From positions 2,435 to 66,434 of the forward strand of contig MNGN01000053.1 of assembly GCA_001918745.1 (NCBI GenBank): a stretch of 64,000 nt of DNA, written 5' to 3'. The position numbers were made by a program, and so were the translations under genes. How positions within the stretch are numbered: position 1 is the first letter of the stretch; each line of letters starts with the position of its first letter. The DNA is from Crenarchaeota archaeon 13_1_40CM_3_52_17. GTDB taxonomy: Archaea; Thermoproteota; Bathyarchaeia; 40CM-2-53-6. Shown one piece after another: positions 45,058 through 54,579 of the stretch. The notes beneath the pieces are model-generated. The model worked only from the letters and a program-made list of their open reading frames with translations. It searched no databases and was not told the DNA's origin.

Positions 45058-45762
45058 TTGAAGATATTCCTTGATACCGCCAATGTCTCTTCGATCAAAA
45101 CCTTCGCCGACATGGGAGTGCTTGACGGAATCACCACCAATCCAACTCTCATTGCAAAGGAAAACAGAGACTTTCTGGAGCTCGTATCGGAAATTCTCCA
45201 GATCGTCCAGGGTCCGATCAACCTTGAGGTAGTGAGCCAAACTACTGACGGAATGCTACATGAAGCTCATAATCTGGTATCCTTAAGCCCGAATGTGGTC
45301 GTCAAGTGCCCGATGACGAGTGCTGGTTTGGTAGCGGTCAAGGCGCTGAGCAAAGAAGGAATCAACACAAACGTCACGCTCGTTTTCTCGCCTAATCAGG
45401 CTCTACTCGCAGCAAAGGCAGGAGCGACATACGTTAGTCCGTTCATCGGCCGCCTGGACGATGCGGGACATGAGGGGATGAAGGTGATTGAGGATACGTT
45501 GCAGATATACCGAAATTACGAAATGGAAACCCAAGTCCTAGTGGCAAGTATTCGCCACCCTGTCCACGTCCTTGATGCCGCAAAGCTAGGGGCCCATGTT
45601 GCGACAATGCCACCTGAAGTTCTCGAAAAAATGGTGAAACATCCGCTAACAGACATTGGTCTGAAGCGTTTTCTGGACGACTGGCAGAAGGCTGGTTTGA
45701 AACTTCCCGAACGCGGGACTCTTGCCGCTAAGGCGAGACCGCTTGTTCAGCGCGCTCAATAG
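45058..45762 (+). CDS. tal: Transaldolase / fructose-6-phosphate aldolase (short type 3B)
   Basis: 234 aa with KIFLDTAN, GITTNP and VSPFIGRLDD (Schiff-base Lys region VKCP). Confidence 0.9.
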   Translation: MKIFLDTANVSSIKTFADMGVLDGITTNPTLIAKENRDFLELVSEILQIVQGPINLEVVSQTTDGMLHEAHNLVSLSPNVVVKCPMTSAGLVAVKALSKEGINTNVTLVFSPNQALLAAKAGATYVSPFIGRLDDAGHEGMKVIEDTLQIYRNYEMETQVLVASIRHPVHVLDAAKLGAHVATMPPEVLEKMVKHPLTDIGLKRFLDDWQKAGLKLPERGTLAAKARPLVQRAQ

Positions 45763-45861
45763 AGCCAAAGCTTTCAGCCCGTTGGGTAGCACAGAGATTC
45801 CCTGAATGTGTGCTCAGCGTTAGCCTTTTGAGGAACCTGTGATTGCTCTCGCTGTTACCCT

Positions 45862-47529
45862 TTGACTAAGTACGTCTTTGTCACGGGCGGCGTAATGTCT
45901 GGAATAGGCAAGGGGGTTATCGCCGCTTCTATCGGGAAAATAATTCAGGTCCGTGGATTCGAAGTTACCGCTGTAAAAATTGACCCTTACCTCAACTACG
46001 ACGCGGGAACTATGAATCCCTACATTCACGGCGAGGTCTTCGTCACAGAAGACGGAGGAGAGACGGACATGGACGTAGGGACATACGAAAGGTTCCTAGA
46101 TATCAATGTCCCCAAGAATCACAACATAACGACCGGGCAAGTGTATTTCTCAGTAATCGAGAGAGAACGGAAGGGGGACTTTCTCGGCAAATGCGTCCAA
46201 ATCATACCCCACATAACGGATGAGATCAAGGATAGGCTCCGTCTGATTCCCAAGGAAGAAGGAGTAGACCTTGTGTTGGTCGAAATAGGTGGAACTGTTG
46301 GTGACATCGAATCTTTACCGTACTTGGAGGCTGCACGTCAGCTTCGTCTTGAAGAGGGCAGCGAGAACGTTCTGAATGTTCACGTTACTCTTGTTCCTGT
46401 ATTGGATGTAGTTGGGGAGCAGAAGACCAAGCCTACACAACATAGCGTCCAAGAGCTCCGCCGAATCGGAGTGCAGCCTGACATCATCGTTGCAAGAAGC
46501 AAGGCACCCCTCAACCAAGAACCGAGGCGAAAGATTGCCCTCTTTTGCAACGTAGAGGAGTCTGCTGTATTCACCTCTCAAGATATGGACAGTATCTATC
46601 AATCCCCTCTTCTCTTGGACCAGCAAGGGCTCGGCACATTCATCACGTATCGTCTTAGGTTGCCCGGGAACCCGCCAAAGTGGAATTCGTGGGAAAAAAT
46701 GCTTGAAGACCATCTGTTGCAAACTAAGCAAGCCAATGTAGCAATTTGCGGGAAGTATGCAGAACTCGCTGATTGTTACGTAAGCGTCAACGACGCACTC
46801 AAGGATGCAGGAGCATCCGCGGGTGCCAAGGTCAACATAGAATGGATTGAAACTGACGACTTCGAGAAACAGCCGGAAAGGGTCAGGCTCCTGTCACGGT
46901 TCGACGGAGTCTTGGTACCGGGAGGATTCGGTGCGAGGGGTGCGGAAGGGAAGATTCTAGCCGTAGAATATTCCCGTTCGCATGACATTCCGTTCTTGGG
47001 CATATGCTTTGGGTTCCAACTAGCCGTTGTCGAGTATGCAAGACACATCGGGGTCGTTGATGCCGCAAGCTCTGAGCTCAACCCGCGATCAAAGAACTCC
47101 GTCATTGATTTGATGCCAGAACAGAATGGTGTATCAGAAAAGGGCGGCACGATGAGGCTTGGCGCCCATGAGATCGCCGTTGACGAAGGGACAATTGCCT
47201 ATTCCCTTTACGGAAAGGGAAAAATCTGGGAACGACACCGCCATAGATACGAAGTTAACCCGAAGTACATTCCCGAACTCACATCCAAACAATTAAGATT
47301 CTCTGGAAGAAGCGATGCTAATCGAAGGATGGAGATTCTTGAAGTTCCATCCAACAGATTCCACTTTGCAACACAGTTCCATGCAGAATTCAAATCGAGG
47401 CCTGCCCGTCCATCGCCACCTTATTTCGGATTCATTCAAGCAGCCTTAGGATCGAAGGGAATTCCAGTGGAAACTGGTCCAGTGATCGCGAATCAGACAG
47501 TTCAGGTGAACCGGCGTGCAAAACGCTAG
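45862..47529 (+). CDS. pyrG: CTP synthase
   Basis: 555 aa with [15 protein letters not shown], a C-terminal GATase (GICFGFQ) and QFHAEF. TTG start. Confidence 0.95.
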   Translation: MTKYVFVTGGVMSGIGKGVIAASIGKIIQVRGFEVTAVKIDPYLNYDAGTMNPYIHGEVFVTEDGGETDMDVGTYERFLDINVPKNHNITTGQVYFSVIERERKGDFLGKCVQIIPHITDEIKDRLRLIPKEEGVDLVLVEIGGTVGDIESLPYLEAARQLRLEEGSENVLNVHVTLVPVLDVVGEQKTKPTQHSVQELRRIGVQPDIIVARSKAPLNQEPRRKIALFCNVEESAVFTSQDMDSIYQSPLLLDQQGLGTFITYRLRLPGNPPKWNSWEKMLEDHLLQTKQANVAICGKYAELADCYVSVNDALKDAGASAGAKVNIEWIETDDFEKQPERVRLLSRFDGVLVPGGFGARGAEGKILAVEYSRSHDIPFLGICFGFQLAVVEYARHIGVVDAASSELNPRSKNSVIDLMPEQNGVSEKGGTMRLGAHEIAVDEGTIAYSLYGKGKIWERHRHRYEVNPKYIPELTSKQLRFSGRSDANRRMEILEVPSNRFHFATQFHAEFKSRPARPSPPYFGFIQAALGSKGIPVETGPVIANQTVQVNRRAKR

Positions 47530-48127
47530 CGAAATGCCTCAACCCAGAACTGTGAGTGGTAGACGAACTCCAGTAGTAACCATGAGTCTATCGGCAGTCG
47601 CCATTGTCATGGTTTTCCTGTCAACCCTCCTATTTCAACTTCCTATTCCATCAACCAACGGTTACTTTAACTTCGGAGATATCATGATCTTCATCTTCGC
47701 CTTCACCTTTGGCCCGGTAATTGGAGGCATCTCAGGCGCAGTTGGTTCTTCTCTTTCAGACGCCTTGGGTGGCTTCGGTACGTTTGCTCCCTTTACCTTT
47801 GCCATCAAGGGGCTGGAAGGACTCCTCGCAGGATTAGTTTCTCAGAGGCAATTCAGAGGACGGGTGATATTGGGTTGGATTGCTGGCAGCCTGGTCATGG
47901 TTGTAGGATACTTCCTGGCTGAGTCGTTCCTCATCTCACTGGTATTCGGCTCATCAGAATTTACTGGGATAGTCGCGGCTTCGGGAGAGTTGCCGCTTAA
48001 CATTCTTCAGGTCGTTGCAGGAGGTTTGGTAGGGATACCACTTTCACTGACTCTAAAGCGCCTGCTCAAGCAGACCCCATACTATTACAAACTTATGGGA
48101 ACTGCAACGTCCGACAAGAAGATCTGA
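47516..48127 (+). CDS. ECF-transporter S-component-like membrane protein
   Basis: 203 aa with FNFGDIMIFIFAFTFGPVIGGISGAVGSSLSDAL, typical of ECF-S/ECF_trnsprt proteins. The start could be an internal ATG. Confidence 0.55.
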   Translation: MQNASEMPQPRTVSGRRTPVVTMSLSAVAIVMVFLSTLLFQLPIPSTNGYFNFGDIMIFIFAFTFGPVIGGISGAVGSSLSDALGGFGTFAPFTFAIKGLEGLLAGLVSQRQFRGRVILGWIAGSLVMVVGYFLAESFLISLVFGSSEFTGIVAASGELPLNILQVVAGGLVGIPLSLTLKRLLKQTPYYYKLMGTATSDKKI

Positions 48128-48134
48128 AGCCAGC

Positions 48135-48374
48135 CTACGGTGTAGGCTCGCTTACGCAGATATAGAGGACGTTGCTGCCTCTAACGATAAGACTGCCGAA
48201 GTTCGTGGATGGGTCTCCTCCTCGGTATTCTCGTGCCCCATCGAGGATGATGTTCATATGGCTGTCACAATCGATCATTTTGCCTCTGTACTCGGCGTCA
48301 TTCTTCAGTCTGACCGATACGTCCGCTTGTAGCTTTCGAACGAGTAGGTTCAGTGGCTTTCTTGAAGGTTCCAA
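48135..48374 (-). CDS. Sm-like archaeal protein (LSm)
   Basis: 79 aa with Sm1/Sm2 motifs (VSVRLKNDAEYRGKMIDCDSHMNIILDGA ... LIVRGSNVLYI). TTG start about 30 nt after a TTTTTATG TATA-like box. Confidence 0.85.
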   Translation of the reverse strand: MEPSRKPLNLLVRKLQADVSVRLKNDAEYRGKMIDCDSHMNIILDGAREYRGGDPSTNFGSLIVRGSNVLYICVSEPTP

Positions 48375-48472
48375 TTGGCGCCTTGTGCGGACGACTCACC
48401 GCAGGGCATAAAAACTCTTGGATAAGACGAATGATCAGAACAGATCGGAAGAAATGGTGTTGAGTGGAGGAC

Positions 48473-48622
48473 TTATTCTTCTGACTCGGAATTCTCTCTA
48501 GCCATCATTTTCTGAGTGTGTTGCTCTTTCCTGAACTCGGATTTGAGTTTACCGCATCTGATACAACGAGTCATAGGGCCTCTTCCCCGCCATTGGTGGG
48601 AACATCCTGCCATTATTGTCAT
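48473..48622 (-). CDS. Small putative zinc-binding protein (49 aa; below the ORF-track cutoff)
   Basis: Hand translation gives MTIMAGCSHQWRGRGPMTRCIRCGKLKSEFRKEQHTQKMMARENSESEE*. It has one CxxC plus an upstream C-x-H. It sits where many archaea carry rpl37e next to the Sm gene, but it lacks the second CxxC of L37e. Confidence 0.3.
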   Translation of the reverse strand: MTIMAGCSHQWRGRGPMTRCIRCGKLKSEFRKEQHTQKMMARENSESEE

Positions 48623-48646
48623 TACGAAAGAGGGTGCGGGTTATTC

Positions 48647-49225
48647 TTAAACTAGAGCCGAGGATTCGGAAGATGCCATGACTCGATGTTTAGCCCCGTC
48701 GAGCAAGTAAAGTCGTTCTCTGTTCGAGAAAGAGGCAACGAGTTCGAGTTTTGTTTCGTCTGGTTGTTTCCAAGAGGTCTGATCTTTGTCGTCGAAAATC
48801 GTCATGATTAACGTGGCGTCTTTGGTTGCGATTCTCGAGAGTTCGTTGAAGTGTTTCTCAGAAACTGAGCCTGATTCCGTCATTGAGACTGACGTGACTC
48901 CGTCGGCAACCTGATCTTGGAAGGGCAGATGTGAGGCGTCTGCCCGAACGAGCTGGATCCCAGTGTTTGTTGTTCTATGCTTTGCTTTGATCAGCATCTG
49001 ACTGGAAAGATCGACTCCCAAGCTAACTTGACCTTGTGAGCAGATCAGCCCAAGTAGTTTGCCTGTTCCGCATCCAACGTCGACGATTAGCTTGAACGCT
49101 TTGTTGTGAAGAAGCTGCAATACCTTCGCGTGCTTCTTGCCTTGCTCCTCGCTGTAGAGCTCGTCGTAATTCTTGGATAGGGCATCGTACCATTTCGCAA
49201 GAGTTTCTGTGTCCTTCGCGGGCAA
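48647..49225 (-). CDS. Class I SAM-dependent methyltransferase
   Basis: 192 aa with a VDVGCGTGKL motif I and acidic motif II. Confidence 0.8.
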   Translation of the reverse strand: MPAKDTETLAKWYDALSKNYDELYSEEQGKKHAKVLQLLHNKAFKLIVDVGCGTGKLLGLICSQGQVSLGVDLSSQMLIKAKHRTTNTGIQLVRADASHLPFQDQVADGVTSVSMTESGSVSEKHFNELSRIATKDATLIMTIFDDKDQTSWKQPDETKLELVASFSNRERLYLLDGAKHRVMASSESSALV

Positions 49226-49279
49226 AGCTATGTCGATATATTGCTCCCTTGATGCATTGAACCTTTCGGGGATGTCAAG

Positions 49280-50047
49280 TTGCCAGTAATGATCTCGCCA
49301 AGCCTTGATGAGGCTCGGAAGGGATTGACGATGGGTCTCGAGGCGAGGAAGCTAGTCGTCATGGTCGCAACGTGTAGCGTGGAGTACTCAGGTCGGACCG
49401 GGAGTCATTTGGGCGAGGGTGAGCGGTTGGTAATTGTGAAGGGAGACGGTTGCATACTGGTCCATCGCGGACGCGACTATCAGCCTGTTAATTGGCAACC
49501 GTCAGGATGCATCATTCAGGCCCAGGCCAACAATGGGACTCTCGTTGTGAAAGCGGTTCGTCCAAATCCGCTTGAGAGTCTAACCTTGATCGTTAAAGAG
49601 ATCCAGTTTCTTGCCACATTTCTTCTACAGGACGAGGCGGAGTTTGTCCTGCATGCGAGCGAAGAAGAGATGCAGCGAGCCATCATTCTCCAGCCCGACA
49701 TCATCGAGCCAGGTTTCAAGATCTTGGATTTCGAGAAGAAAGTGCCCCCGGGATTCGTGGATGTCTATGGAATTGATGGTGATGGCAATGCGATTGTTAT
49801 TGAGATCAAGAAGGACCCGGCAGGTTTCCCGGCCATCAAGCAGCTAATGGAGTATCTGAAGTATCTTCAAGCTCCCCCGGGAAGAAAGTTGCGCCCAATC
49901 ATAGTTGCACCGAGTATCGCGAAGGGCTCTCAGTCTACGCTTGCTAAGTCGGGAATTGAGTTCAAGCAGTTGACTCTGCAACGGGCTGTTGAGGTTTTAC
50001 AGAAACATGCGAGGTCGGATCAGCAGGCGTTGAAGAGTTGGCTTTAG
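49280..50047 (+). CDS. nucS: Endonuclease NucS / EndoMS
   Basis: 255 aa with an N-terminal half-barrel domain and a C-terminal RecB-like nuclease motif (VDVYGIDGDGNAIVIEIKK). Confidence 0.9.
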   Translation: MPVMISPSLDEARKGLTMGLEARKLVVMVATCSVEYSGRTGSHLGEGERLVIVKGDGCILVHRGRDYQPVNWQPSGCIIQAQANNGTLVVKAVRPNPLESLTLIVKEIQFLATFLLQDEAEFVLHASEEEMQRAIILQPDIIEPGFKILDFEKKVPPGFVDVYGIDGDGNAIVIEIKKDPAGFPAIKQLMEYLKYLQAPPGRKLRPIIVAPSIAKGSQSTLAKSGIEFKQLTLQRAVEVLQKHARSDQQALKSWL

Positions 50048-50742
50048 AGTCCGAGCCTTATGATCAGCATTGCGTATCCGATTCCGCTTTTAACGAAGCT
50101 GAGCTTACTTGTTCCTCGCGGTCTCCGGAGGAACGTGATCGGAACGTCGGTGATTGGCATACCTTGCTTTCTAGCGCGGATGAGGAGTTCTGGTTGGACC
50201 TCGAAGTTCTTGGCTACCATCTGGTCCCGTAGCGATTCGACTGCTTTGCAGCTGTAGATCCTGAATCCTGAGGTGACGTCGTTGGAAGGTATGTGGAAGA
50301 TCTTCCGCATGGTCCAGTTGGTCGAGCCGCTTATGATCCGCTTGACCAGTGGTAGTTCTTCGACCATTCCTTTGTTGGTGTTCCGGCTTCCGACGACAAT
50401 GTCTACGTCCTTAGCCGCGGTTACTAGGATCTGTATTTCTTCGGGTTGGTGGTTTAGGTCCGCGTCCATCGTGACGATATAGTCTGTATGGTCATCGATG
50501 AGTCCGAATCCCTTCTTCATTGCTTTTCCTAGGCCCAGTCTTTCTTGGCTGTAGTGGACTTTTATCCGAGGGTTTTCTTTGGAGAGAGTGGTCAGTTTTT
50601 CGAGTGTTGCGTCTGTTCCCTCGACAACGAATATGGCCTCGTAGTCGGGGTCGATCTTCTCAAGCGCGGATACCAGTCTGGCGGAGAACTCGTCTATGAC
50701 CTCCGCCTCGTTATAGACCGGTATTACCGCGCTAATGCGCAA
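50044..50742 (-). CDS. Family 2 glycosyltransferase, dolichyl-phosphate mannose/glucose synthase-like
   Basis: 232 aa with ISAVIPVYNEAE and MDADLNH (DXD). Short soluble Dpm1-like form. Confidence 0.85.
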   Translation of the reverse strand: MRISAVIPVYNEAEVIDEFSARLVSALEKIDPDYEAIFVVEGTDATLEKLTTLSKENPRIKVHYSQERLGLGKAMKKGFGLIDDHTDYIVTMDADLNHQPEEIQILVTAAKDVDIVVGSRNTNKGMVEELPLVKRIISGSTNWTMRKIFHIPSNDVTSGFRIYSCKAVESLRDQMVAKNFEVQPELLIRARKQGMPITDVPITFLRRPRGTSKLSFVKSGIGYAMLIIRLGL

Positions 50743-51055
50743 GCCTGTTCCCCGCCCGACGGGCGAAGGCAGGTATATTCTTGTTTGTGGCTGGGCTCCT
50801 TACCTCAAAAGACTCGGATTGACTACTCTCGCGTCGCGAGGTGCGCTGTGCAAGACCCCCCCTCTTGCCTAGAAGATTTGCCGTCTGGCAGTGATTATGC
50901 GCGAGACATGCGATTCAGGGCACAGTCCGGGCTTGGATCGCACGGCGTTTTAATGAGTCGTCAAGAACGAGTTGCTATGCAGTTTAGGGACAAGGCACCA
51001 GATTCGAAAACAGGGCTGAAAATGGGCGAATCTCTTCTCCGGGGAAATTGGACGG

Positions 51056-52489
51056 TTATGCGGTTACGAGTTCGTGTGAATGCTGTTTCATGTGCTGGTA
51101 GTGTTCTGCGGGCACGAGTGACTGGAACGCCCTATCCACGACCTCGCTTAGGGCTGGGTGAATGTGGATTGAGTCGCTTATCGGCTCGTAGGATCCGTTC
51201 CCCGCATACATTATGGGAATAATCTCGTGTATGAGGATAGATGCGTACGGTCCGATGATGTGCGCTCCGAGAATTCTCGTAGTTTCTGCCTCGACAATGA
51301 CCTTGACGAAGTACTCCTTCACGTTCATCGCTTCGCCCTTGGCAGTATCCTCGTACTTCTGGAACCCGATAAGGACCTTGTCGGGTCCATATGTCTCGAC
51401 TGCTTCTTTCTCCCCTAGCCCGACGCTCGCAATCTCCGGGTACGTGAAGACTGCGTGTGGAATTGCGTGATAGTCAGCTTTGACCTTCTTTTTCAGTATT
51501 GCGTTGTAGTAGACGATCTTCGACTCATAATTTGCAACGTGTTTGAACGGATATTTTCCATCAGCATCCCCAAGAGCCCATATGTTTGGCTGAGTGGTTT
51601 CCAGGTACTCGTTCACTTCTATCCAGCCTTCCTTGGTGAGCTCGATTCCTGCTTTTTCTGGGTGGAGAATGTCGGTGATCGGCCCTCTTCCAGTTGCGAC
51701 CATGATCTCCTTGGCAGCAATGGTCGAAGTCTTTCCGGATTTCCGGTCTACCGCTATAAGCTCCTTCTGATCTCCAATTTCTCTGGCTTCCCTAACCTCC
51801 TGGTTCGTCAGGATCGTGATATGCCGTTCCAGGTCTTTTTTCGCCAGTGCCGAGACTTCTGGCTCCTCATCAGGTAGGAACTGTGGGTTTCTCCCGATAA
51901 TAACGACTTTCGATCCCATGCTTGAGAAGAAGTGGCCATATTCTGCGGCGATGTAGCCTCCCCCGACGATCGCGATGCTCTCCGGCAGCTTCGTCAGTTT
52001 GAGGACGGTGTCGCTCGTGTGGTACTTGATCTTGTCAAGCCCTTTGATGGATGGGATATTGATCTTTGATCCGATGCAGAGGAAAATCATCTTGGAGGTA
52101 ATCTCGGTTCCATCAACTCTCAAGGTGTACGGCGAGATGAACTCTGCTGGAGCGTGGTAGTAGTCGATGTTCTTCGAGCTGGACAGACCCTCCCTTATCT
52201 GATCGATGTCCCGGTAGATGAGAGTCCGCATTCGCTCCATAACCGTCTGGAAATTGATGTTAGCGATCTTCGCGTCCACTCCGAGCTCACGTGCCTTCTC
52301 GATTGTTCTAACCAGTTCTGCGGGGTACAGCAATATCTTCGAAGGAATGCAGCCACGTGTCAGGCATATTCCTCCGGGCTCGTCCTTGTCTATCACCGCG
52401 ACCCGAATGTTCGGGTTCTCCTGGATCATCGCGTCCACAATGTTCATCGCCGACCCTGTACCTATCGTAATCAAGTCGTACTGCTTCAT
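51056..52489 (-). CDS. Pyridine nucleotide-disulfide oxidoreductase (dihydrolipoyl dehydrogenase / glutathione-reductase family)
   Basis: 477 aa with GTGSA, redox-active GGICLTRGCIPSK, a second dinucleotide fold GGGYIAAE and a C-terminal dimerisation domain HIHPALSE. Confidence 0.85.
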   Translation of the reverse strand: MKQYDLITIGTGSAMNIVDAMIQENPNIRVAVIDKDEPGGICLTRGCIPSKILLYPAELVRTIEKARELGVDAKIANINFQTVMERMRTLIYRDIDQIREGLSSSKNIDYYHAPAEFISPYTLRVDGTEITSKMIFLCIGSKINIPSIKGLDKIKYHTSDTVLKLTKLPESIAIVGGGYIAAEYGHFFSSMGSKVVIIGRNPQFLPDEEPEVSALAKKDLERHITILTNQEVREAREIGDQKELIAVDRKSGKTSTIAAKEIMVATGRGPITDILHPEKAGIELTKEGWIEVNEYLETTQPNIWALGDADGKYPFKHVANYESKIVYYNAILKKKVKADYHAIPHAVFTYPEIASVGLGEKEAVETYGPDKVLIGFQKYEDTAKGEAMNVKEYFVKVIVEAETTRILGAHIIGPYASILIHEIIPIMYAGNGSYEPISDSIHIHPALSEVVDRAFQSLVPAEHYQHMKQHSHELVTA

Positions 52490-52565
52490 GTCTAGTTGTC
52501 CCGGAAACTCGGGACGAAGATAAGAGTATTGACCGAGCTGACGATCGCGAGTCTTGCGTTGATGA

Positions 52566-52748
52566 TTATGGTTTCTTTGTTCCCTCTATTCTTTCCTTGC
52601 CCACAACTAGGATGAAGATGAGTATTCCTAGGGTGAAGGAGATGAGGCTGATCGACATTGACACGGTGATGTCGAAGTTGAGTCGGTGCCACGATTCGTA
52701 GTTAATGTACGCAGGCAGGATTAGCAGCGCGCCTGCAATCACGACCAT
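52566..52748 (-). CDS. Possible small 2-TM membrane protein
   Basis: 60 aa, two hydrophobic segments. Lies between trmI and the oxidoreductase on the same strand. No other support. Confidence 0.3.
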   Translation of the reverse strand: MVVIAGALLILPAYINYESWHRLNFDITVSMSISLISFTLGILIFILVVGKERIEGTKKP

Positions 52749-52857
52749 TAGGCCCCTTAGAATGTCATGTATTTCCGTTCCTGCGATCGTTGTCTTAGTG
52801 CCCGTGCTATCGCACCAACTGCTGCTCTCTTCCTCGATGGTCCCGTATATAGATGAT

Positions 52858-53670
52858 TCAGGCTTCAGCGGTTGGAAGGAGCTTCCGGGCGATTGTCACG
52901 TATGCTGTGTGTCCTATCATCCGAGTCTCCGGTCTTACTTTTCCCGCCTCCGTCTTGAACTCCCGCATTAGCAGTTCTACAGCTTCAAGGATCATGAAGC
53001 CTCCTTCTCGGAGTGCTACCGCGAGCTTCTCAAGCTGGTTTATCGTGGGGGTGAAGCCTGCAAGCAATCCCCCTCCAACTAGCGCCCCGTAAGCGGCTTT
53101 CACCATCCTCCATGGGTCTCCAAGGTCGACGACTACTGCGTCTACGCCGGTTTCGTCAAATCCCTCAGTCGGGTCTTTGTTATGAAAAGTCACCAGCGAG
53201 CCAAATCCTGCCTTGTCGACGTTCGCCTTCGCCGCTCGCAAGAACTCCGGTCGCATCTCGTAAGTGAACACTTGACCGTCCGGAGCGATCCCCCGGGCCA
53301 AGGCAGATGTGAGAGCGCCGCTTCCAGTCCCAACTTCCAACACCCTATTCCCGTTTCCGATGCCCAGCTGAAACAGGGCGTACCCGATATCTTTCGGATA
53401 CAAGATTTGTGTTGGACGGTCAAACGATTCGACGACATCGAGAGCTCGTGGCCTGAATACTGCCAGGTTCTGGCCCATGCTCGTCCGAATAGACCCACCA
53501 TATTCTTTGCCCACAAGCTCTGCCAGCTCGAAATAGCCCCTGTGCGTGTGAAACCTTCCCGGCTCCACCTTTGCAATCCACTTGCGCCTTGCGTCCTGAT
53601 AGAGCAGGACCCGGTCGCCAAGCTTAATCTCTCGACTCAAGACGCCGACGCGCTTGGACGCGAGAGCCAT
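52858..53670 (-). CDS. trmI: tRNA (adenine-N1)-methyltransferase TrmI (GCD14 family)
   Basis: 270 aa with an N-terminal beta domain (GDRVLLYQ...KW) and a class I MTase (VLEVGTGSGALT, VVDLGDPW). Confidence 0.85.
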   Translation of the reverse strand: MALASKRVGVLSREIKLGDRVLLYQDARRKWIAKVEPGRFHTHRGYFELAELVGKEYGGSIRTSMGQNLAVFRPRALDVVESFDRPTQILYPKDIGYALFQLGIGNGNRVLEVGTGSGALTSALARGIAPDGQVFTYEMRPEFLRAAKANVDKAGFGSLVTFHNKDPTEGFDETGVDAVVVDLGDPWRMVKAAYGALVGGGLLAGFTPTINQLEKLAVALREGGFMILEAVELLMREFKTEAGKVRPETRMIGHTAYVTIARKLLPTAEA

Positions 53671-54046
53671 TAATCATTCTATGCATTTGATTCAACCTGA
53701 AAAAGGGCCCTCGAGCCTAGCTCGAACACGCTTCTTCCATCATTCGCCTAGTGATCTCTTTGTTCCCGTAGCTCCCTAAGCAAGCAAAAGTTCCCTTTTC
53801 CGATAATTCTGTTTCTCGTGACTACTCCTTTCCGCTAACCATTTTTTCCTGTTAACTATTATGTGACCCCCGGGGGGGGTCTGTTTTTCCCGCGCCCCAC
53901 CCTTCGTGAAGCGCCGAGTTTCCTACGCTCACCCACTCCCGCCATCCTTCCTTCCTCCGTGACGCCTCCATGCCTCGGACCCTGGCCTATGGCGCTAGTG
54001 CCCGTTCGGTGAACATGCTCATACGGCCCCTTTGTGAAAATACAGG

Positions 54047-54562
54047 TTAGCCCTTCAGTGCTTTGAACACGCCTTCGGCCTTCGAGGCTGGGACAAGCCT
54101 CACTGTGATTGGGTCCCTAGTTCCGGAGATCCCGATCCTCAACACCGCGACCCTTCTCCTCCACCAAGTGGCCACGATCGCCGCTAGGAACACGGCGAAA
54201 GTACCGATCAGTAACAGGTCAAAGGGTGCTTGAGGCAGGCTAAGCCTTGCCTGACCCGGAAACCACCATACAAGAAACACAGCTATTGCTCCAAGAACAG
54301 CATATGTCAATGGCGGGATCAAACTCTTGGTAATCAGCTCTAGAGTGCTCACGTCGGCATGGGGAACGTTTACGAACTTTTCTCCGGTCGAAAATCTCTT
54401 CCCCACCAGCAACCTCGAGTCCGTCACGTAGACGGTATAGTTCACCCCTGCGCACTCAGCCAGAACGTTCTCCGCCCCGACTAGGCTCTTGAGGTTGCTC
54501 AAATCTTCCTGTTGAGACACGAAAATCTCTCTTACCCGTATTGTAACCAGTCCCCGCGGCAA
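54047..54562 (-). CDS. Membrane protein with an N-terminal PH-like (bPH/YdbS-type) segment
   Basis: 171 aa with a soluble N-terminal beta-rich segment, then two TM helices. Weak family guess. Confidence 0.45.
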   Translation of the reverse strand: MPRGLVTIRVREIFVSQQEDLSNLKSLVGAENVLAECAGVNYTVYVTDSRLLVGKRFSTGEKFVNVPHADVSTLELITKSLIPPLTYAVLGAIAVFLVWWFPGQARLSLPQAPFDLLLIGTFAVFLAAIVATWWRRRVAVLRIGISGTRDPITVRLVPASKAEGVFKALKG

Positions 54563-54579
54563 AAGGATTACGAATGGCC

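Noticed and set aside
50743-51055. Tracked ORF 50545..51222 (+) and a possible RNA gene in the 314 bp spacer between the Dpm1-like GT2 and the oxidoreductase gene
   Set aside because: The ORF overlaps two real minus-strand genes and looks non-protein-like. The spacer has only a local GC hairpin (CGCCCG-A-CGGGCG, about 50754-50766), plausibly a terminator, and no recognisable RNA family motifs.
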